Source: Dicyema japonicum
Taxonomy: Eukaryota > Animalia > Dicyemida
Direction: 5' to 3'
NCBI GenBank assembly: GCA_011109175.1
Contig: RDEW01000045.1
Span: 401,553-465,552, forward strand
DNA length: 64,000 bases
Both the position numbers and the translations under genes were made by a program. Every line of letters begins with the position of its first letter. Position 1 is the stretch's first letter. The notes under the pieces were generated by a model. It was not told where the DNA came from and did not search any database. It worked only from the letters and a program-made list of their open reading frames with translations. This document shows positions 12,950 through 26,641 of the stretch, in pieces.

Positions 12950-13560
12950 TGGTCCTATGAGGTGTTTTCGTGTTTTTGAAAAAGTCATTGATGATTGTCA
13001 GTGAGTCGGTCTGTAAAAGCAGTTAATTTCTTCTTACATTGGCGGGTTGGTTTGACAATCAGGAAGATCAATTTTTCCTTGTGGTTCCGATTCCAATGAT
13101 CTCTGGCTTTGTCATTTCCCAGGAATTTATTTCAGGTGAATTATCTGTTATTTAAAGCCCTACCTGATAAATATGTGGGATCCTCCACAACATTTCCTAG
13201 TACGATCACATTTTACCCCTAATCCCATACACTTGAATTACTGATTCGATCTCTTAGCGTCGGCCAGAAACAAACGTCCATTATACTTTTGCACAAGAAA
13301 TGGTTGATTTGGTTATAAATTGGCACTATATCTTTGCCGCTTCTTCTTCGACTAGTCCATGTGGTAATGTGTCTTGCTGGTTACATAAAATAAGTATTTA
13401 CCAAAACAGATCATCGGCAGAATTATGTTTCTGTTTTCTATGACATGCCTTCTGATCAACTTTTTACAATCCGTTCCTTTTTCCTACTTTCAAATTTAAG
13501 TTTCCAGCAATGAAAATGGCATGGAATCCTGAATACTACTCAAGGTTGTTGACAGTGTTA
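12950..13560 (-). mobile_element. Degenerate RTE LINE remnant
   Basis: TTWTSRRRSGKDIVPIYNQI matches the RTE APE C-terminus (TTWMGKRRNSEGKLAPIYNQIDY at 31.0 kb). Confidence 0.5.
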
Positions 13561-14498
13561 CGTAGAATAAATTTTCGTTTTCAGGGTATTTTGAGGAGAT
13601 ATTTTTTGCATGTGCATATCCACTAAGGCTTCCTTATTGATGTTTATTTCTGTATAGCTTTTTAACCAGTGAGGGAAATCACCACCTCAACCATAGTTAC
13701 TCCAAATTAGTAAACTGATAAATCGTTTTTGTCAGTATATTAATGTTTTTGAAAATTAAGGTTTATAAATAAAAGTTAAATCACTAGTTTAGTCACTCAA
13801 TGGTAATATCGTGGACAATGTATATTCAGAGTCACCATTAAATATTGGATAACCGATATTTCCGTCGTTTATCCCCATTATTGTAAGATACCTTACATTT
13901 TCGTAGTTTGCCAGGGATAATAACTGCAAAACTTAGTCATTCGTCTCGATACAGGACAAAGATTCTACTAATGAAATAGCCTTTGTATCCACAAGCTTCT
14001 GAGATGTTTGCCATCGAACATTGGTGGAAGCATCTCCACCCCGGGAAGTTCTTTCCTGTTTTTACAAGGAGCTCTTTTGTCAAACTTTAATTTATGCACG
14101 ATACCAGATACATCTGACTGATCTCTGAAAGCGCTTTAGTATAATTGTTGCTTTTATGTTAGTGAAGGGTATCCTACACATAGAGAGATTGGTGGTAAAT
14201 ACATAACTTAAAGGTGAAGCTGATGATCCAAGTATGTGTAGCAGAGTATGATTAAAGCAGTAAACTCAATTTCTTCATGTCAATGTTGAATAACCTCTCG
14301 TTCTCTTTTAAATGTCCTCTCACAAGAAGTCGGATACGCAACCTTTCAGAATTAAGAGAGCATCGAATGCCTGAAATCGAACCCCGGGATAAATTGGAAG
14401 ACTTAGAAAGGTAGGGAGTAATACTGCAACTGTAATTACTCGGATACTCAAAGAATACAACCATTAAACAACTTAAATCATTTAAAATCAGAGTTAGA

Positions 14499-14906
14499 CT
14501 AAATATTGGAAGGATATAGCATCTAGGATAATAATAATTTGACAAACCACTCTGATTCTACTCCCAATAGCAGCTGGAGGCAAATTATGTCTGAATCTGG
14601 CCCTGACAGCGCCAGAGTTGCCATGAGAGGCCACAACCTTCCCCAAATTGCACGTCGTCGAGAATCCTTCACTGGAAACTTATTCTTTCTACTATCAACA
14701 TTTTTACAAACTTTTTCGACTTGTATACATAGCAACACTTCTTTCCGAGGTAAAAGTCAGTCTCTTCCTTTCTTTCAACTCCATCTATTTTAAGGAGCGC
14801 AGTGTTCTCACGTTGATTGGTCCTTCCACGGCGAAATCCTGTAAAAACTGCTTTCACATACAATCTGACATAAGTTTATCATAAACCTTCCTACGTTCTT
14901 CTCCAT
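14499..14906 (-). CDS. RPL35A: 60S ribosomal protein L35a (eL33); exons 14906-14887, 14864-14712, 14688-14548, 14522-14499
   Basis: Spliced product [52 protein letters not shown](K)[41 protein letters not shown] introns of 22, 23 and 25 nt. One base is missing at 14639-14640. Confidence 0.97.
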
Positions 14907-15299
14907 TCTTTGTGAGGTTTGTTGCCCAACGACTTCTAAAGGCTTGTTGCCCTCCTGAGAGTAAAAAGCAACGCGGTCATGGCGACTGTTGTGTGACCTT
15001 TTGTTTGTTTTATTTTGTTCTAATGAATGTTGAACTTCTAAAAATAATTAACAAAATTGCACCAACCTACATCCATAAAAACGTGACAGTTAATAATTTT
15101 ATTTAAAATATTAACTATATAATTATGTTATTAACAATTTTATTTTAATTAAATTCTAATGTTAAAAGAGATAATTAATTTTTTGATTTCACATTTGCCT
15201 CAACGGGTTATCTTCAATAATCTTTATGTCTTATTTCAATCGGTTAATTGCTTGTTAAAATGTAAAATGTCATAATATAAAACTTTAAAAAAAAGCACC

Positions 15300-18280
15300 A
15301 TCGATTAAAATTATTGTGGTGTGTGGTGGTGTGGTGTAATTGAGAAAGAAGAAGTAACCAGAAGCGATATGCACAAGATCGACAAAAGAGAAGAGCTTTG
15401 TGAATTTTGCAATAAAATTAACAAAGAAAGCGGCTGATATGTTGTGTCGTTTGTTCGTCGTTTTTTCACATGTCATGTGTTGGAATGACCAAAAAAGCCC
15501 TTACCACCATTACCAACTGGTGTTGCCAGGCATGCCTCCTTCCTGGGACGAAAGCACCATCGACTCCACCTAATTCACCTGAACGAATACCAATAGATTA
15601 CCAGAAAACCCTTGAATCAATTGCAAACCTGGCATCTACACGAAGGATCATGATCAAAATTCCAAAAGCAGCCCGTGTTCCTGCCGCCGACTGTTTACAC
15701 GATTGTATTGAAAGGGCAATTTCTTCGACTGACCCAGTTGATTGGACACGATTATTCTACTTTGCACCATACACGCTATGTATGCCCTGTCAGAAGAGGA
15801 AAGATCAGGAATCGCTCACGTCTATTGTAAAGGAAAATATTTGCTTGTTTTCTTCTGGAAATTTGTTCAGTGACTCCCGAGAATATACCTTCAAGCCCTC
15901 AAACCACGAGAACCATGCCTCAGAAACACAAAGATTGAGAAGAGCGATACATCGCAAACTATCTGAAGGTGGAGTCCGGGCCGCCGTGAGGACTCTAGAA
16001 GAGCATAACCGTCTAATTGAGCCAACTGAACACTCCTACGATGCACTGGTTGAACGACATCCTGGTCCGCCAGTGGACGAGCAGATCCCTACTTGCTCTG
16101 GAGAATTACCTAGTCTGATTATTTCTGAGGGGGACGTGAAAGATGCGATCCTCTCATTCGCCCGAGCAGCAGTGGCGGACTCGACGGACTCCGTCCAGGA
16201 CACCTAAAAGACTTAATTGATCAGAATACGGGGAACTCTGGTGTTCGGCTATTATCGGCTATAACGAGGTTAATCAACAGAATGCTTTCCGGAAGATTAC
16301 CAGAAGCAATCCGTCATATTATGTTTTCCGCCAAGTTAATTGCCTTTGATAAATGTGGAGGAGGAATTCGTCCTATTGCTGTTGGGTTTGTTTTTCGTCG
16401 ACTGGCTTCTAAACTTGCTAGCAGAGCAATCCTTCCGATGCTTGTCAAACAACTGCGACCAACCCAAGTAGGGGTCGGTACTCCTGGTGGATGTGAGGCG
16501 GCGGTTCATGCCGTTCGGATGTTTACTGGAAACAGAACGAACATGCCTTGTGTGGTCCTCAAGATTGACATAAAAAACGCCTTCAATACCATACGGCGCG
16601 ATGTAATTTTGGAAGATTGTCTTACCCATTACCCGTCTATATATAATTATGTTCATTGTTCGTATGGAAAACCGTCCAGTCTTGTACATGGGAAATACTT
16701 CATTCCCTCGTCGTGTGGGGTTCAACAAGGAGACCCACTAGGACCGGCATTGTTCTGCCTCGGTGTCGACCGTGTCATGAGATGCCTTACTACTCCGCTG
16801 AACGTGTGGTATTTGGATGATTGCACCCTGGGAGGTCATCCTAACAATGTATATGACTGTCTACAGAGATTACAAACACAATTGGATACGCTTGGTTTAA
16901 AGCTAAACGCAGCCAAATGCGAAATTGTTAATTATGGATTCTCCCGATATGAATGGAATCGGATCCTATTAATGTTTCGGGGGATTATTCCTAAAATATC
17001 GGAAATCGAGCCGGATCATTTGGAAATACTTGGATGCCCTCTGGCTGAAACTGGAATTAACGACACTCTGTTGGCTAAAGAACAGCAACTAAGAAAAACT
17101 TTTTTACGCCTTGGGATGCTGGATGCACATACCTCTCTTTTTCTCATGAAAAACGCTTTATCCACGCAGAAATTAAATTACGTCCTTCGAGGGGCTCCAT
17201 GTTACCTGAAAATGCAACAACTCGGGGCGATTGACTCCCTATTCCGGTCTACGACCGAACGTATTACTAATGTCGAATTCGACGAACAAGGATGGGAACA
17301 AGCAACCTTGCCCGTTCGCTTTGGTGGACTCGGAATTCTCTCACCATCTGATTTGGCACACCCGGCATATCAATCCTCATTGGACTCCAATCAGAATTTG
17401 ATCATGATGATTCTCCAGCTCCCATCAGAGTCGTCAAAGATCGAAGATTTGGTACACCCTAAAGTCAAACAACTCGGGCAGAGAGACCTTTATGAGTCTG
17501 TTTGCGAGGATAAATACGAGAGGCTTTTGAAAATATCTAACCAACACCGACGAGCCTGTCTTTTAACTGCAAGATGCGAGTGGAGCGGGGCTTGGATCAA
17601 TGCCCTACCCATTGGAAACGTGGGAACTCACCTAGACGATGAAACGGTCCGCACCGGAGTCTCCATCAGACTTGGATTGAAAGTTTGTCAACCCCATGAG
17701 TGCCGATGCGGCCGGAAGGTCGACTGCTATGGACATCATGCCCTTTCTTGTCGAAAAAGCGCAGGTCGATTCGCTAGACACAAGGCTATAAATGAAGTGG
17801 TGAAGCGCGCCCTCGAGTTGGCGGGATACCCATCCATTCTAGAGCCAACGGGCTTGAGTAGGGATGATGGGAAGCGACCCGATGGAATTACTGTCTTCCC
17901 CTTCTCTCGGGGCAAATGCTTAATTTGGGATGCTGCCTGTACTGACAGCTTTTCCCAGTCGAAACTTTTGAGTTCGGCAATGAAAGCGGGAGAGGCCGCC
18001 CGTTTATATGAAAACTCAAAAATAAAGAAATACAGCAGCCTCCTAAACCGTTTCCATGTACAGCCAGTGGTCGTCGAGACGAGCGGAGTCTTTGGCCCCA
18101 AGACGGTCTCTTTCCTTAGAGCACTTGGGTGTCTATTGACCAAAGCCTCGAGGGAGCGTCGGGAAACCGAGTGGCTTTTCCAAAGGATATCCTTGGCAGT
18201 AGTCAGAGGTAACAGCCACTCGATCATATCCGCTGGACTTTAGAACGATTTTATTGTTATAAATAAATTTATATTTAGGT
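15300..18280 (+). mobile_element. CRE-clade RLE non-LTR retrotransposon, essentially full length: PHD finger - RT - Zn knuckle - RLE
   Basis: ORFs 15470-16207 and 16282-18243 join through one missing base near 16161 (PSSSGGLDGLRPGHL). RT motifs GIRPIAVG, DIKNAFN, GVQQGDPLGP and WYLDD. C-terminal CRC..HALSC..RH and KRPDG..WDAAC..ENSKIKKY..VETSG. PHD finger at about 15390-15535. Confidence 0.92.
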
Positions 18281-18399
18281 TGTCGGAGAAGAATTGAATT
18301 TGGCATGGACTTTTGTCACAATTCAAACTTTACCACGTAATTTTACCAGAACATAGAGAGCTTGACCACTATTTAAATTTATCAGACAACGATGAAAAC

Positions 18400-18720
18400 T
18401 TAACTTTGTGATGGTGATCGTCTTAAAGTTTAAAGGATCCTCAAACCGGTCATTATCAACGTTATACACTCAATTCATCGAGCCAACTATAAGTTATGGA
18501 TGTGGAGCTTGGGAAACAAAACTTGCCTAAACAAATATGGATAAGGTTAACTACGCTGAATCAAATGTGACCAAAACAATCTCTCGAATCACAGGACTAC
18601 CAATAAGGGCGACCCCATTTGAGGTCCTTGTAATGAATTCCGGTGGTATATTCACTCAAAATGGAAAACCGCCAGAAGCACCCAAAGCAGTTATAGTACT
18701 CCCTAAGCAATTATTCTTAT
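18400..18720 (+). mobile_element. Ingi/Jockey-type LINE RT C-terminal remnant
   Basis: LYTQFIEPTISYGCGAW..RITGLPIRATP. Confidence 0.5.
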
Positions 18721-19490
18721 AAGTGCTTGATTTAATAATTTTAGCGCTACTAGGTTTTTTAAATGCTAGAAACAAATTGCTCCACTTATCATTTTAAATC
18801 ACCCTGAGACTGGCGTTGCAAGGGGCAACAAAGGGCGACCTTGACATCGTCCCCCCTTTACGGAGGAAAGGACAAATATATTCTTAATTTAAAATCAAAT
18901 ATATTCATAATTGTTGTTATCTCGACCCAACAGCACCTGAAATGGAGAAAGCCGCGTGGCGCCTTGTGGTGTGGCTAATTGGTTAAAAGTTTATATTCCT
19001 TCTTTCTGATAGCTCCATTGGATCCACCTTACTACGAAGACACCCAATACCTGGCGGAATCCTAAAGGATCTAATTATTTATTCCACCGGGAGATAATTT
19101 CGTATACTGGCGACGAGTTCTAAAATCGACTTCAGCTTTCTGGACAAGTCCTCTGAATCACTGTTCTGGGTGAAGGTTTTCCTGGAACGCGTCAGGACCA
19201 AGGAATTAGTTAGTTTAGTTTCACCCTTGGTCTCTGGAACAATTCTATTTTTATATTACTCCATGGAAGGAAATTTGACATTCCATGACCGACAACCCAC
19301 AACTTTGCAGATTCTTAATGCCAAATATCTTCAACGAGTGAAAAAAACAACTAAAAACTGGAGACTACATCTGCATGTTGAGAAGTACAGCCTACAACCA
19401 TTGATGATAAAAGAACATTGTAAAAAAGTTTCGCTTTTTTGTTCATATGGCAATACTAATATTAATATAGGAACTTTTTTTTGATCATAT

Positions 19491-19806
19491 TATCATTATT
19501 ATTAAAAGCACTCCCGAGAAAACATAAATTATTTAAGTTTCCCTTTGCCGTATTCCTAATCATCCTCTCCGTCAACCTCGACCATGATTTTCTGTTGCGC
19601 GCTAGTTCTCTTAGGTAGTCCAGATCGTCCGCCGAAGTTAGTCTCATACCAACCGCCGATAGGTCTTTGTTCAAGATAGTCGGAAGTTTGGTTCTCGGTC
19701 TTCCGCGAAATCCGGCTCCTGTGTTCGCCAAGTATTTGACCATTGCGAAATTTGTGGAACCTGATAATTTAGACGTCTTGATTGAAAATATCAATCAATT
19801 AATGCA
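19491..19806 (-). mobile_element. 5'-truncated RTE insertion with 13-bp TSD
   Basis: RGRPRTKLPTILNKDL..LARNRKSW and a (TAA)n tail. TSD tttttgatcatat at 19478-19490 and 19807-19819. Confidence 0.85.
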
Positions 19807-21539
19807 TTTTTGATCATATGACAGTGCTAATATTAATTGTGGTTATCTGTAAATTAATTGGAAACAAAAATATATTAAATTAATTTTTTGAATTTAAAAT
19901 CCAAATTAGAAACCTCCAGGAATCCTTCACATTGGGTCAATCATTGGGCAAGAAAAAAGATGTTTACACTCAAAACTGTAATGTTCAGCTTGGCTTTACT
20001 ATCAATCTCATACATCGAAAGATGAGTTGACAATTAATAGCTAATAAAATGTGTTCAGTTCATATGGTCAAAGAAAAAAAAGAAGACTTAAGTCCATTCA
20101 GAACTAACATGAAGGGAAGAAAACGTCCAGTCCTTGCAGTTGTGGGAACCTTACTGATGATCACCGGGAGCCATTTGAGACGATATCAATACGGCATTCT
20201 AAAACAAGGGAAGTGAAAGAACAGATGGAATGAATATGACCAACTACTTTAATATTTTATGGAACCAATAAAATTTATTAGTCATAAATATTCAAAAATC
20301 TAAAATTAATGCATAAGTAATAAATTACAAGAGATATCAAATTTAATGAACTAAAGAATATAATTATTACTGATTAGTGGCTATATGGTCAAATGATTGT
20401 TGTGGTGACGTACCTCCATTGCAAGAGTGTATTAATCTCATCAAGGATATGACTTTTCGTTACAGTTTCTATCCGTTTAAGTAATTGACTCACGAAGTTG
20501 CAACGAGAAAGCGTTGAATAAACTCTTCTTTGGTTTCGAATCTCAACAAGCACGATTTAAAAAAGTTTGCCATGAGGAAAAAATGGAATTATTAATTCTC
20601 TAAAGTTTTAAATGATAATTTTTATTTGCATTGTTGACTGATATTCAATTACTTATTATTATTTTTAATTTGAACGGAAAGTGAAGAACAGTACACAAAC
20701 GGAACCCTAAATATTCACATGCTTATGGATATCGCGGGCTAACTATCTTTAATTAAATGTTAATATTTTAAAAGTCCATGCTTCACAAACGAATCTTTTA
20801 TCTAAGGCGGCGAAACTATTGAAGAAGTCTTCTTTCAAGGAAATCTTGTCCAGAAGCTTTGAAGCTATGGTTAATACGAATTAGGAAATTTTCTGGCAGA
20901 AGATTTGTGCGCGTGAATATCGTAAATGATCCGGAACACAGTCTGAACAGAAGGGAAAGATGCGAAGACTGCTTAGGGAGGCAGGAATCTCCTGAATTTT
21001 GTTCGTTTTGGTTAAGACGGTTGTATTCTTTTTCAATAAATTTAACTAATTTAAATTTAAGTAACCGGTTCGCAGAAGCTGTTTCTATAGGGTCTCATAC
21101 CACAAACTGTCAAAGCCCTGCAAATATTAAAGTAACTGACATTACACTTAAATTTACGTGTCTTTGTTATCTCGGAATTAAGATTAAATAGGCAGTGACC
21201 GCAAAACTTTTCTGAACGGAAATCAAACAATTGCTTATTGATTCAACCTACTCCTATGTAAATAATTCGCTCCATAATTTTTAATATATTGGTCGATAGC
21301 TCAGATGATTCTTATTTGGTTATCACGATTTAAAAACTAGTCTGTTGATTCAGTTTTAGGCTATGACTGAATAGTCAAAGGAGATCTTCGATAAGGTTCA
21401 TAAGTCCTTTTAAACAATTTTATTATTATATGAAGTCTAAGTGCATTGTTTCTGCTTTCTCTTGAGGCAGAGTGTATCTCCTATATTGCCACTTCAAGAA
21501 TTTGATTGTTCTTTCTTTTTTTAACAAAAAATTTTTTTA

Positions 21540-21990
21540 ACAATTAAACAAATGTCAATTGAGGAAGCATGCTGCGTAGATTGCGAACGAGTTCCCTCGG
21601 AGTATAGCTATTCCAATCTTTTGTCTTAGCCATAACCCTTCTCGTTGATCCCTTTTCTTTCTGGCAAGCAATCCTCCGAGTTTTCGCATTGGACCAACGG
21701 CTCCCGATGATTCGGTCGCAACAGAAGTAAATCGGTAGCGATCCCCGAGGCAAGAATATTTCTTGATTTTTAGGTTCTCCGCAGTCGAAGCAGCTGCTCC
21801 ATGTGTCTGAACCGATTTAAAAATGTTCGTGCTTGAGAACGTGTCTATGCAAGTTGCGTCCCAGACCAAAAATCTTCCAGAAGTGAAGGGGAAAAGGGTC
21901 ATCCCGTCAGGTCTCTTCCCATCTCCTCGATCAAGACCCACTGGTTCAAGCTGTGCTGAGAACCCTGTTCTTTAAAACATAGTTCTTTTA
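21540..21990 (-). mobile_element. CRE-clade retrotransposon 3' fragment (RLE domain)
   Basis: ORF 21555-21941: DGKRPDGMTLFPF..LVWDATC..ENLKIKKY..ESSG..WLRQKIGIAILRGN. Confidence 0.85.
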
Positions 21991-22049
21991 AAACATTTTT
22001 GATCTACGGTTATATCCAGGGGTCGACTATCTCATTAAAAACGAAAATC

Positions 22050-22360
22050 AATTTAGTTAAAGGCACATAATCCTTGGCCTATAAGTGTACGAGCTAGTCC
22101 TTCGATCGACTCAATGATCCAAAGGGTCACCAAGGATCTATGTGAGACTGGATGCCTTTGAGAACATATCTCGTTCTAGATAGCGTCAGAGGAAACAGCT
22201 TGCCAATTCAAGTTCCCTAATTTAATTTCCTTAATTTTTAAAGAACGTTGTTAAATGAGGTAACTCTCCCACAGGAAGATAATAAAAGTTGTTTCAAACA
22301 TTCTACAATCCCGTTGCTTTGTGTGGAATACGTGAAAGGTCAATATAATCCATTGTATGA
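22050..22360 (-). mobile_element. Possible degenerate retroviral-type integrase remnant
   Basis: Broken frame VFHTK-NGIVECLKQLL resembles the integrase YHPQSNGxVER motif. Weak evidence. Confidence 0.3.
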
Positions 22361-22682
22361 CTGATGGTTGATAGAATGATGAATTGTCTAATTAATATTA
22401 TTCCACATTAATACTATTTGATTTATACGGACGTTTTTAATTCTCTATAATATCCTTCAAATACAACCAATAGAAAATCGAAGGTGACTGCCTGTCTCAG
22501 CGTAGAAGCTCTGATGAGAATAAGTCTTTAGTGGTTTTAAGGACTCATACTTAAAGAAAATTAAAGACCATCTGCGTTCAGTTACTGTAACAAAATATAT
22601 TATTATATTTTGATAAATTTGGCGATAATGATTATCGTAGCGTAACTGTATTTAAATTTTTTTTGCGGTACTTTTGATAAGT

Positions 22683-25600
22683 ATGTCAGAGACCGCACTG
22701 CTTATTATTTTTGGAATCACAGATTCCACTGAAAGCACAAAAGAATCGCTTTTAAATTGTAACACTAATATTCAGCAACATAATTGACGTGCCCAAAATA
22801 AATTATTCTGACTCTGTGTATTCTGTATTTTATATTATTAATATTAATTAATTAAAATCGATAAAAATGTATGCCTTATTAATTTAATTGATTATAATAA
22901 TTAGCGCCAATTAATACAAATATTGATAGGTCTGCAAAGTGTTGGGAATAAAATAAGTCAATTCAGCCTCTCCAAGGAAATTGATTGTGTCCTAAATACT
23001 TTCGAAAATTCCAAAAATGATAATTTCGGTATTATTAGCTAATTTCATCTTTCTAGAATCGAATACTGAAATTACAAAATCACACGTGTCTCCTTATGCT
23101 GCGACATATTGCATCTTTAATGGGACAATTCAAACAATCCAAAACACAGTCGTTGCCTCGCTTATGAGTTATTCCAAAAAGTAGTCGTATAATCTAAAGA
23201 GAACTGTTTATATAATACTAATGGGGGACTACTTCTCTGATGGGGGTGAATTTGCACTCCAAGATGATCTCTTTAGCATTAGTAAATTCCACAGCATCTT
23301 GAATTCCGTTGAAATGCGACTAGATGGGATTGATGAAACGTCTCCCTGAATGTTGTAATCTCAACTCCAAATCCAGAATGGACTCAGTCAAGGATAGATT
23401 ACAAATCCTCACGAATATTGGTTTTATAGTCATCTTATGCGTAGGTTGAAGTCCTTTCAAATCAAGTCTCTTCCTCGAATGAACATCCAACCTATAAAAG
23501 ATTTGTGGAAGACACGACTGAGATACTTTGTCTCCTAAATGCCAAAAATCAACATTATTTTTCTACAAAAAGCGAAAATATGGGAAATTTGTCCGTTGAG
23601 TCGCCAACATTGTTATTATAGTCCTTAATATCCCTTAGATATGCCCTCCCATGTGGGAACTCTCAAAATTTATTATTTTCTGTCCCTGGATTTACAATGA
23701 TGATAAACTGTGGTTTTGACAAGCAGATACCGTCCTGGAACCTTCTAAAACACTTTTCTGCTCTCGACAGTCTCATTATCTCGTCTTTTGAAAAAAAGAA
23801 TTGCCGAGCTGCCGTTTCACTGGTCAAAACCTTGCAAAAACTCGGAAAACCCAGGCTGGCCCATGTATTTATGGATTACATAGAAGAAAATATGGATTCT
23901 ATTAGAAACTCGCAAGCTGTCAATGTTAATGAGGAGAAATATAAATTTACTGAAACTTTGCAAGAAATGAGAGTCCCTGTTGAATATATTCACAATCTGG
24001 AGGGCCCATCAGTTCTTTACAAACGAGTGGGAATCGGTACGCTTAGTCTCTTCGGTCTGGGGAAGGCTAAGTCATCCGATAGGAATGTAATACGACCTCT
24101 GACTAGGTCTACAGTCAAACCAATCTCAGTAAATCCCCCAAATACAGTTCCTTTAAAGGACAGCAGTCAGCGGTCCATTTTAATTCGTTGGATGCCTTAT
24201 AATCCAGAATCAAAAGTAGTTTCCATTTTGGTGAGTCCAAATATGACTGAAAATGAAATTATTTCTCACCTCAGATCAATCAGCAACAAAAACGTCATTT
24301 ATTGCTCTCCAATAGTTCAGCAAACCTCTGAAGTCCTTTCTCCTTCCACAAATAATCAAGCAAAGCCTACACCAACTAAATTCAGTAATAGACTGAAACG
24401 ATCAGTCACTTTTACGGAACCTCCCGGTTTCAAATTATTGACGAAAAAGTCTTCTACAATTGTCAAGGGGGGTGCAAGGGAGACAAAAGTAGTATTACAA
24501 AGGGGACAATCTGCTGAGGCCAAAAACCTTAGTAAAACACTTCGGACAAGTGAAAATGAGATTAAGACAACGAGAGACAATCTCAGGAAAGAAAATAAGG
24601 AATCTACAATGAAAATGTTTCAGAATGGCAGTGGTTATCATAAAACTGAGACTTCCGCAAAAAAACCAGCGAATAACATTTCTAAACCTCCAATGAGAAG
24701 ATCTCAAACTCCACATAAAGGATACGCACCTCCAAATAAAAAATGTAAAAACTCAGAATCCATTGATATCCCACCAGTAAACAAGTGTGTTACTCAGAAT
24801 ACTATCGTACAGAATTCGAGAAAGTCCAATAATTCCGAGAATGGTACAAATGGCTCAATTAGCCCCAATAAATCAGCTCACATGGTTAACATAGAATCAG
24901 GAATAAAGACTATATTTAACCAAAGTGTAGAAATTCGCACATTTGGTTTTGATGCAGATAATGAGCACGTGATACTTACAGAACCTGAATTGGAGTATAA
25001 AGAAGAGGCCTTTGGAGAAATTCAAAATTATAATTCTGATGAGGTCCTGAAAGATAGTACGGAAGTTGATAAAGAAAATGTACTCAATCAAATAATTACA
25101 TGCGGGGGTTTACATTCTACGGAACCGAACCTGAAATTCAAGAATCCCCCGTTGTGCTAGATTTCAAGCAGGACGATTTAGAACTTTTGTTCGTTCCAGA
25201 GAATACTGAAACCAAAGTTCAAAACAAGTGGGAAGAGGTAACTTCCGATAATGAGACATCCATCGAACAATTTAATCCAATAGATGAAGAAATTGAAGCA
25301 TTTCCACAAATTAAAGATAATCAGAAAAACCTTGGGGAGATGAAAGAAAAGGACTGCTGCACTTATCAAATGGAAAATGTAAAAGTCCTGGAAGAGACAG
25401 TGCAAGAAGTCAAAATAGACGAATCACCGCTGGGGGGAGTCGACTTCCAAGAAAAGTTTCTTTCTGATGACAGTTTGTGTGATATACCTGAAAATCAACC
25501 AAGTTTAAAAAATGAAGAAATAAATGAGATTATTGAGGACTTTGATGACTCTGCAAATATACTTGACATTTCTACTATAGAAACCACAAACAAACAAAAC

Positions 25601-26641
25601 TCACAGCTTGAAGACCCAAATTTTCAATGTTTTAACAAAAATGACAATTTTGAAAAGGTCATTAATGACTCAAATGTGAAAGCTTCTCGCAAGGAAATCT
25701 CAGACATGGAAACTTCTAATGTAGAAGCCTCTTACTTGGAAAGATATATTAAAGAGGACTCAAATTCAAATGGAGACGACCTAAACACAGAAAATAATCT
25801 GGAAAATATTATGTTGGAGGATCCAATCATGGAAAGATTAATAACAGAGACCTTGAGTATAAAAAGATCGGAAGATTCTGATGTAGAAGTATACAAGTCG
25901 AAAATTTCTAATTCTTTTGATCCAAGTAAAGAAGATTCTTGCACAGAGGACTCAAATATGGAAACCTCTGATATGATAAACTCCAATTTGGATGACCAAA
26001 GAATAGAAAGTTTGCACGTGGAAAAGCCAAAAGTTGAAAATTCAAATATGAATGAAGAAATGCCTGTAGATTCAATAAAATGCCAAATCACTTCAGGAAT
26101 GATCAATCTTGAATCTTTATTAGAAGTGGTTGAAAATGATGATATTGTTGAATTAAAGCAACCAATGGGAATTCTGTTGAAGAAACCGAAATTAGACGCT
26201 AAAGCAGATATCACTAATATAAAACCAAGTTCAATAATTAGCCAGACAGTCAAAAAAACTACAAAAACTGACGATTTGTGTTACTACCTCACAGTCGTGC
26301 AAATCCCTGTGGATAAGAGTAATGACGGTCGGAATTTGGTTTCAAGAAGATTTTTTAATGTTGTAAGGGCGAATTATTATATATTCTCTTCTGCCGATGG
26401 AGACGACGTGAAGATCCTGGATAGTCTGTTGGCTGCTCGGAGATCTTGGGGAGAGGAGGTCAAAAACATGGAGGTAACTATCGTTCCAACCTACGATACT
26501 AAAGTCCTCTATGATTGGATGCTTACTAACCAAGATGCTCTAAATTCTCTCAAAGTGAAGGTTGACCCTGCTTGCAAGAGATGCAAGATTATAATAAACG
26601 AGAACCAAGAAGCATGTTATGCTGGAAAGATTGTTATTTAG
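22683..26641 (+). CDS. futsch: Microtubule-associated protein 1 family (MAP1A/B/S, futsch-like)
   Basis: N-terminal MSETALLIIFG, GEFALQDDLFS and PTLYALPCGNSQNLLFSVPGFTMMINCG..WNLLKHFSALDSLII correspond to MAP1B PCCYIFPGGRGDSALFAVNGFNMLINGG..WKLIRHLDRVDSIL. VLYKRVGIGTLSLFGL matches ILFQKMGVGKLEMYVL. C-terminal FFNVVRANYY..ILDSLLAARRSWG..VTIVPTYD matches the MAP1 light-chain region. Micro-introns include 23612-23638 (27 nt) plus 28-, 21- and 24-nt ones. Frame breaks at about 23345 and 25105. Confidence 0.9.

Noticed and set aside
22495-22585. Hammerhead ribozyme around CTGATGA at 22511
   Set aside because: No G-C closed stem II abutting GAAA, and stems I and III are not in register.
25732-26253. 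Antisense ORFs (also 7392-7790, 17736-18227, 5700-6011, 39790-40086)
   Set aside because: These are shadow frames of real coding sequence on the other strand, with low-complexity Ser/Phe/Ile composition.
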